This document shows, piece after piece, positions 26,610 to 31,468 of a DNA stretch of 31,468 bases. Within the stretch, counting starts at the first letter, position 1. Every line of letters begins with the position of its first letter. This DNA comes from a virus (Duplodnaviria; Caudoviricetes): positions 1-31,468 of the IMG/VR virus record IMGVR_UViG_3300025647_000165; one strand, 5' to 3'. The position numbers and the translations under genes were made by a program. The notes under the pieces were generated by a model. That model saw only the letters and a program-made list of their open reading frames with translations, was not told where the DNA came from and searched no databases.

Positions 26610-27338
26610 TTAATATCCTGCTACCTGTATTCGGGTTGTTTGTCCCTGCTGTGTGTGAAGCTTTAAGAGCTCGTGATCTAAAACGTCTCTAGCATCTGCC
26701 TCTGCGACTCTGGCTCGATCAAGCTCACCGTTGTGCCTGAGATAATCCGAGTAAGAGCCCCGCACTAAATAGTCGAAGAAGATCACCGGGATCGAAACTA
26801 GATCCCAGTAGCTCGGCTGATCTGTTGGGCTGTTGCTGCCAGCAGCCACTGGCTGGTTGGCGGTATAAAATTGTCCCTGAGTGTTGTCGTAAACCTGATC
26901 ACCGACTGCATAAGAACTGGAGCTGCTATACAGGTTCCCTGTCAATGATGGTGGTGATTTGCGAAACCAGATCCACACTGTAGCGTTTGACTCTGCGATC
27001 TGGATTCCGTTCTCACTGAGGTACCATGTCAGGTCGTCCTGATTCTGGTTCGATTTCGGTGACTTATTCCAGACAGAGAAAACTTCCCCTATTTCAGTCT
27101 GCCCTGATTGTTTGAGGTCAATGTAGTTTCCTTCATCGCCTCCTGTCTGGGTGACCGTTCTTGACTCTGTTACTGTGACCTCTGGCCACTTGGCCGCCTG
27201 CCACGCAAACTTGATCCGCCTGCTTGTGAAGTCTCTGAACAGGTTCCACTCCAGCGTTGGCAGAGTGGCCCTGTCTATCCCTGCCAGATTCAATATCTGA
27301 CCGAGTACTTGATTATAATTGAGCGGATCACGAGCCAT
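26610..27338 (-). CDS. head-tail adaptor / tail tubular protein A-like
   Basis: 242 aa. Helical N-terminus with AW...WP motif and a small YAVGDQVY..FY..W insert. Position follows the capsid genes. Confidence 0.55.
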   Translation of the reverse strand: MARDPLNYNQVLGQILNLAGIDRATLPTLEWNLFRDFTSRRIKFAWQAAKWPEVTVTESRTVTQTGGDEGNYIDLKQSGQTEIGEVFSVWNKSPKSNQNQDDLTWYLSENGIQIAESNATVWIWFRKSPPSLTGNLYSSSSSYAVGDQVYDNTQGQFYTANQPVAAGSNSPTDQPSYWDLVSIPVIFFDYLVRGSYSDYLRHNGELDRARVAEADARDVLDHELLKLHTQQGQTTRIQVAGY

Positions 27339-27639
27339 AGCCTACTTGTATTTTTCCAGTGCCGCCGCTTTTGACTTTTAAGTCAGGGTTTTTGTCAGCA
27401 ATGTATTTTCGGAAGCTGGGATCTTTCCAGATCTCCTTACCTTCCTTCCTGACCCACTCCTGATAGACCTTATTGTCTACCTCCATGGTGGCTCGACCAA
27501 TTCCGTCAACGCTCCTGCGAGACTGGTTGTCTCGGGCGAGTTCGCGCTGACGTTGTTCTGCTCTAGCCAATATCTCCTCGCGGGAGCTATTGTATTTGTT
27601 CGCTAGAGCCTCCTTAACTGCCTCGGTATAGTCTGACAT
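27328..27639 (-). CDS. hypothetical protein
   Basis: 103-aa ORF in the morphogenesis operon with W...G...W.D..F..Y....NP pattern. Confidence 0.7.
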   Translation of the reverse strand: MSDYTEAVKEALANKYNSSREEILARAEQRQRELARDNQSRRSVDGIGRATMEVDNKVYQEWVRKEGKEIWKDPSFRKYIADKNPDLKVKSGGTGKIQVGYGS

Positions 27640-27655
27640 ATATGTTTAAAGTTTT

Positions 27656-27726
27656 ACCCGGGGTGGAGTGGGCCACAGAGTGACCCACTCGGTCCCGAGG
27701 TGCGAATTGCTGGGGTCGGCCAGCAA
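27656..27726 (-). terminator. double hairpin downstream of capsid genes
   Basis: TTGCTGG/CCAGCAA stem (27707-27726) and long stem GAGTGGGCCAC/GTGACCCACTC within 27656-27701. No clean U-tract. Confidence 0.5.
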
Positions 27727-27730
27727 AGTG

Positions 27731-28180
27731 TTAGCTGACAGTATCTAGGTCGATGATCGACATAAACAGTCGCAGTTTACCAGCAGTGAACGTGTTCAGG
27801 TTGTGTGATCCGGTCAGTGCAATGTCAACGGTGTCTGCTGTAGTATAGATCTTCCCAGTGCCTACTGCTGCAGCACCTGAACCCGGTGTTGGAGCTTTGT
27901 AGTCAATGGTTGAAGCGTGAGCTGCATCGATCTGAGTAGCGGTCATAAACAAATCAGAGTCCGAGTCGTCTCCAGCCGTGTAGGTCAAGGAAGTTGACGA
28001 CGGGGACACGAATTGCTCTGCGAGTATATGGCATCCGCTCTTAACCCAGCTGCCAGCAGGAATGTTGACGGTTAGGGTCTGAGTGGTTGATGCTGCAGTC
28101 AGGTCCTCGTGGGTGATCACGACTTCGTGGGTCGCATTCAGCTTGGCCTGTCCTTCTGTAGGTAGTGCATTAACTTGCAT
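27731..28180 (-). CDS. capsid-associated (decoration/cement-like) protein
   Basis: 149-aa Thr/Ala-rich beta protein immediately after MCP, with AGGAG upstream. Confidence 0.55.
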   Translation of the reverse strand: MQVNALPTEGQAKLNATHEVVITHEDLTAASTTQTLTVNIPAGSWVKSGCHILAEQFVSPSSTSLTYTAGDDSDSDLFMTATQIDAAHASTIDYKAPTPGSGAAAVGTGKIYTTADTVDIALTGSHNLNTFTAGKLRLFMSIIDLDTVS

Positions 28181-28198
28181 ATCTAATATCTCCTATTC

Positions 28199-29197
28199 TT
28201 ATGGGTTGAACTGAGCCAATCCGATTGGGTTGCGGACCTGAAGAGCTGCGCGAGCTTCGATCAAGAACCGCTCACCACCACCACGATCTTCAAATTTCTC
28301 GACGGCTGGGTTTTTGTTGATCCGCAAGTCGATTTTGTCCATGTCCAACAAATAACCACGACCAGCGGTCTGGCTGGTTCCAGCAGCATTGTAGCCGATG
28401 AAGTTGTCAGCGATGACCTCTACAGTTCCGAAGTCACCCTCGAAAATAGTGGTGCTATTGCTGACCTTTTTCGCGTCACCAGCGAAATCGAAATTGCGGG
28501 AAGAGTATCCAGCAGTTGCGATGGTGCGCGTGAAATCGGTGAATGCTCGTCGCAGGGTGGCGTCACAGAGCAGTTTGTAGTCACCCATCATCCCTGTGGA
28601 TGACCAGATGGTCTGCAGCAGGGACTGGATACTGGTCTCGGTCAGAGACGCAGTAGCTGTGGTGATATACTGACCTGCAGCAGGGCGATAGGCAGCAGGA
28701 ACCTGATGAGACGTTTGAGCTGCGATGTTGGCGGTATCACGAATCCACACGCCGAGGCCGCGCAGCAGGTATGGGTCACTGCCATCATCGGCCTGATGCT
28801 CCTGATCGGACAAACATGTTGCTTCCATGTCGCGAAGAAGTTCAACGCCTTTTTTGGCGATTGCTTCGGCGATTTCATCGGACACACCTGCCACGTCTGA
28901 CACCTCTTGTGCGAGGCGGGAGACCTGTGCGGTGCGGCGGAATGTCTGCAGATAAGAGCTCAGCAGGGCTCGGTTCGCAGCATGGTTCTCGTAGCTCGAG
29001 ACATCGGAGCCGTCAACAGTTCCGCCCAGAGATGGGGCGTCATATATGTCAACTGGCCACTCGATGTATGTGTTCCGGGGAGTAGCCCCTTTATTGACCA
29101 AACTCATGAAGGGCGTTGCCTTCTCGTCAACTCGTGTGAGCAGATCAAGCAAGTCTTCGCGCTTGCCGATCTGATTGATTTCAAATAATCCTGCCAT
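28199..29197 (-). CDS. major capsid protein (SU10/DUF5309-like HK97 fold)
   Basis: REDLLD..TPF, EW..D, QTFRRTAQVS, ELLRDMEA and GDFG motifs. 332 aa, follows the scaffold. Confidence 0.85.
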   Translation of the reverse strand: MAGLFEINQIGKREDLLDLLTRVDEKATPFMSLVNKGATPRNTYIEWPVDIYDAPSLGGTVDGSDVSSYENHAANRALLSSYLQTFRRTAQVSRLAQEVSDVAGVSDEIAEAIAKKGVELLRDMEATCLSDQEHQADDGSDPYLLRGLGVWIRDTANIAAQTSHQVPAAYRPAAGQYITTATASLTETSIQSLLQTIWSSTGMMGDYKLLCDATLRRAFTDFTRTIATAGYSSRNFDFAGDAKKVSNSTTIFEGDFGTVEVIADNFIGYNAAGTSQTAGRGYLLDMDKIDLRINKNPAVEKFEDRGGGERFLIEARAALQVRNPIGLAQFNP

Positions 29198-29209
29198 ATC
29201 AGTTTTTCG

Positions 29210-30181
29210 TTAGTTTATCATCGCAGCTTTAATAAAATCCTTTAGCCCACTTCTTGATCCGGTTTTGAAGACATCCGATTTAGCCTGTTCGATTCGTCTC
29301 GCAGAGTCCGATAATTCGGTCTTCTGGGACGATGGGGCTCCGGGCTGACGTGTGGGTTCAGGGGTTCTCGGTTTGGCCGCTGGCTTTTTCTGAGCCTGCT
29401 CTTGTTCGATGTAAAAACCGACTAGAGCTCTGGCCAAATAGAGATCGACATCTGGGAGGTTTCTGATCCCGGGGTTCGATTCTTTAACCTGTTCAACCCA
29501 CGCTCGAGCTGGACTTTCTTCATCTCTCAGCCAAGGGTATTTTGTTGCTGCAAACTCGAAGCTGCGTGCGTTCTGCAGAATCTGTTTTCTCCGTTTCGGA
29601 ATGTCAGACTCACGCGAGAACTCAGCATTAAGGGCTAAATCCTCCAGCCAAGCCTCAGGATCTTCTGGGATGGAATCGATTCGTTTTTCGATCTCCCTCT
29701 CGACCTGATCAGGATCTCTCCTGTATCTGGCTAGTGCTCGTTTGGCCCACCTCTCAGCCGAGAGGGCTTCGTCCTCCAGTCGGTCAAGGTCATCTTCAGT
29801 TCGGGCCTGCATGACCAGATCGGAGATGTTCGACTCACTGTCAGTTTGCTGCAGTTTCTTCGATTCCAGTTGTAGCGTTTTCTGACTTTCTTCTAATGCC
29901 AGTAGCCGCTCCTCCAGCTCTTTTTTTTGAGCTGTCAAACGGTTAATACGCTTCTGGTACCCATTGTGCTCAGAGTCCGTCTCCTCCTGAACTTCCTCAA
30001 CTTCTGGCTGCGCTTCAGGCTGAGGGTCGTCAGGAACTTGTGGTTCCTCTGTCTCAGGTAGCCTCTCGGTCTGGGGGCTCAAGCTGTCCTTGAGCGCATT
30101 ACGGAGAGCGTCCATGCCGCCAACTACAATTTCTGCCTCCGAGGGCTGGCTGGCCTCGGCTGTTTCGGTTTTTTCTGACAT
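29210..30181 (-). CDS. capsid scaffolding protein
   Basis: Acidic N-terminus, QKRINRLTAQKK coiled coil, Pro-rich linker and C-terminal helix. Directly upstream of MCP. Confidence 0.75.
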   Translation of the reverse strand: MSEKTETAEASQPSEAEIVVGGMDALRNALKDSLSPQTERLPETEEPQVPDDPQPEAQPEVEEVQEETDSEHNGYQKRINRLTAQKKELEERLLALEESQKTLQLESKKLQQTDSESNISDLVMQARTEDDLDRLEDEALSAERWAKRALARYRRDPDQVEREIEKRIDSIPEDPEAWLEDLALNAEFSRESDIPKRRKQILQNARSFEFAATKYPWLRDEESPARAWVEQVKESNPGIRNLPDVDLYLARALVGFYIEQEQAQKKPAAKPRTPEPTRQPGAPSSQKTELSDSARRIEQAKSDVFKTGSRSGLKDFIKAAMIN

Positions 30182-30265
30182 GCGGTTTTACGGCTGCAGG
30201 TGGCCGGGCAGAGCGTTTTGCGTTCGCTCAGACAACGGTTTTTGTTGGCCTCGGGAGCCTGTCGA

Positions 30266-30295
30266 AAGTTAGACTCACCTAACATTGTTTGTCAA
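30266..30295 (-). promoter_or_regulatory. candidate sigma70-type promoter for structural operon
   Basis: TTGACA (30295-30290), 17-18 nt spacer, (C)TAACTT. Confidence 0.4.
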
Positions 30296-30331
30296 GCCTG
30301 CCTAGTAAGCGAAAATAATTGAAAATAATTG

Positions 30332-30360
30332 TTGAAATGATACGCATGAGAGCGTATATG
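30332..30360 (+). promoter_or_regulatory. candidate sigma70-type promoter with overlapping inverted repeat
   Basis: TTGAAA-N17-TATATG with ATACGC-N6-GCGTAT (30340-30357) inside and an AT-rich tandem repeat upstream. Confidence 0.5.
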
Positions 30361-30417
30361 TTTTGGTGTCAGGCGGGAAACCGACCCGCAAATTAAAAAG
30401 AAACGAAAAACAACGAA

Positions 30418-30654
30418 ATGAAATACAAAGTTGATTACAAAATTTGGTCCCAAATCGGACACACCCCAATCACAAATCGCTGGGGTAATTACTGCGATTT
30501 GTTGGATGAGGGAGAATTTTTGGCAACTGGTCCTTGTGATGCAAGGCTCAAGTTGAAGGAAATACATTCGAAAATTGAGCACGCATACAAGTGCCATTTC
30601 TTCATCCCCGATTTCCCGAACCAGAATGTTAGACAAGATTGGATAATTTTTTAA
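30418..30654 (+). CDS. hypothetical protein (early-type)
   Basis: 78-aa ORF with an A-rich leader, downstream of a promoter-like element. Confidence 0.6.
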   Translation: MKYKVDYKIWSQIGHTPITNRWGNYCDLLDEGEFLATGPCDARLKLKEIHSKIEHAYKCHFFIPDFPNQNVRQDWIIF

Positions 30655-30665
30655 ACCAAACCAAC

Positions 30666-30683
30666 GGGGCGGGAAACCGCCCC
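30666..30683 (+). promoter_or_regulatory. GAAA-tetraloop hairpin
   Basis: GGGGCGG-GAAA-CCGCCCC with no U-tract on the + strand. Confidence 0.6.
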
Positions 30684-30721
30684 ACAACTTAGAAATCAAA
30701 CTAAATTAGAAAGAAGCGTAT

Positions 30722-31468
30722 ATGATTAATTCCGAGGTCATTACAGTCAATCCAGAACGAGCCAAGCTTTGGCTGATGCACAACACTGGGAACCGAAAAC
30801 TCAGCAAGGATCGAATCAACAAATATGTCCGAGACATCAATGCTGGTCTCTGGAGGTTGAACGGTGAGAGCATTAAAATATCAGACCGAGGCATTGTTCT
30901 CGACGGACAACATCGATTGGAAGCTATTGTTCTGAGCGGAAAATCAATCGAGACTGTTGTTATTTTCGGTATCCCTCATGAGCGCGGTGTATTTGAGACG
31001 ATAGACGCCGGGCTTCCCAGAAGCGCATCAGATGCGATGAGGGTCGAGGGCATGAAGTACGCCACTGTGATTCCCTCCGTCGTACGAGCGATCGCCAACT
31101 ATGATTCTGGCACAACGTGGGATCGATCGATGAGTCATGTTGAGGTTAAATCGATAATCGACGGCGATTATGACAACTTTGAGCGAGCTGCAAAAGCGGC
31201 TGACGCGATGAAACATATCGTCGTCCCAAGTGTATGGGGAGCGTTCTACTATATGGCCGCGAGAAGATGGCCAGAATCGATGGCCAACTTTCACGAGCAA
31301 TCAAGCCACATGATCAACATCAGCTCTGGATCTCCAGTTATTGCACTAAACAGGTCACTATCCCTGATGCCAAAGAAGTCCAAAGCCGACAAAAATAAAA
31401 TAATCGAGAGGTGCATTGTCGCATTTAACGCACACCTTCAAGGTCGCCAATTGGCGAAGATTAGTCTA
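30722..31468 (+). CDS. ParB/Srx-like N-terminal domain protein (3' truncated, not in ORF track)
   Basis: MINSEVITVNPERAKLWL.HNTGNRKL...W.LNGESI...LDGQHRLEAI...TIDAG..RS. Open for 249 codons to the window end. Confidence 0.8.
   Translation, partial: MINSEVITVNPERAKLWLMHNTGNRKLSKDRINKYVRDINAGLWRLNGESIKISDRGIVLDGQHRLEAIVLSGKSIETVVIFGIPHERGVFETIDAGLPRSASDAMRVEGMKYATVIPSVVRAIANYDSGTTWDRSMSHVEVKSIIDGDYDNFERAAKAADAMKHIVVPSVWGAFYYMAARRWPESMANFHEQSSHMINISSGSPVIALNRSLSLMPKKSKADKNKIIERCIVAFNAHLQGRQLAKISL

Noticed and set aside
28181-28210. Programmed frameshift or readthrough extending the MCP
   Set aside because: No slippery heptamer is evident before the TAA, and the next gene has its own AGGAG and ATG.
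30722-31468. DGQHR protein as DndB of a phosphorothioation system
   Set aside because: No dnd genes are visible, and the N-terminal pattern fits stand-alone phage ParB-like proteins.

Overview
A 31.5-kb segment of a tailed dsDNA phage (Caudoviricetes, podovirus-type morphogenesis genes) with almost all genes on the - strand. Read right to left, the - strand encodes scaffold, major capsid, head/tail adaptor, LamG tail fibre, small basic proteins, holin-like and lipoprotein genes, a GT4 glycosyltransferase, tail nozzle, two fibre-like proteins, a DDxxD helical protein and three internal/ejection proteins, the last a ~1970-aa polyvalent protein. A + strand cassette of two GT-A glycosyltransferases and a SAM methyltransferase follows. 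Next is a lambda-style replication/recombination module: resolvase, SSB-like protein, RecE-like exonuclease, HTH initiator with internal iterons, DnaB and dNMP kinase. A probable terminase small subunit comes last, followed by a dif-like site and a G-rich tract. Two + strand genes, one ParB-like, lie at the right edge. No large terminase, portal, polymerase, integrase, endolysin, tRNA or CRISPR is seen. The most notable signals are (1) an ejection polyprotein with an HExxH protease domain and effector modules, two of them ART-like, separated by a repeated RFSP motif, (2) an isoprenoid-synthase-like DDxxD protein coupled to an MG-start ejection protein with a Cys-initiated C-terminal domain, (3) a XerCD dif-like site, (4) three glycosyltransferases plus a methyltransferase, and (5) candidate small RNAs. 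All calls come from motif recognition by eye, and no searches were run.
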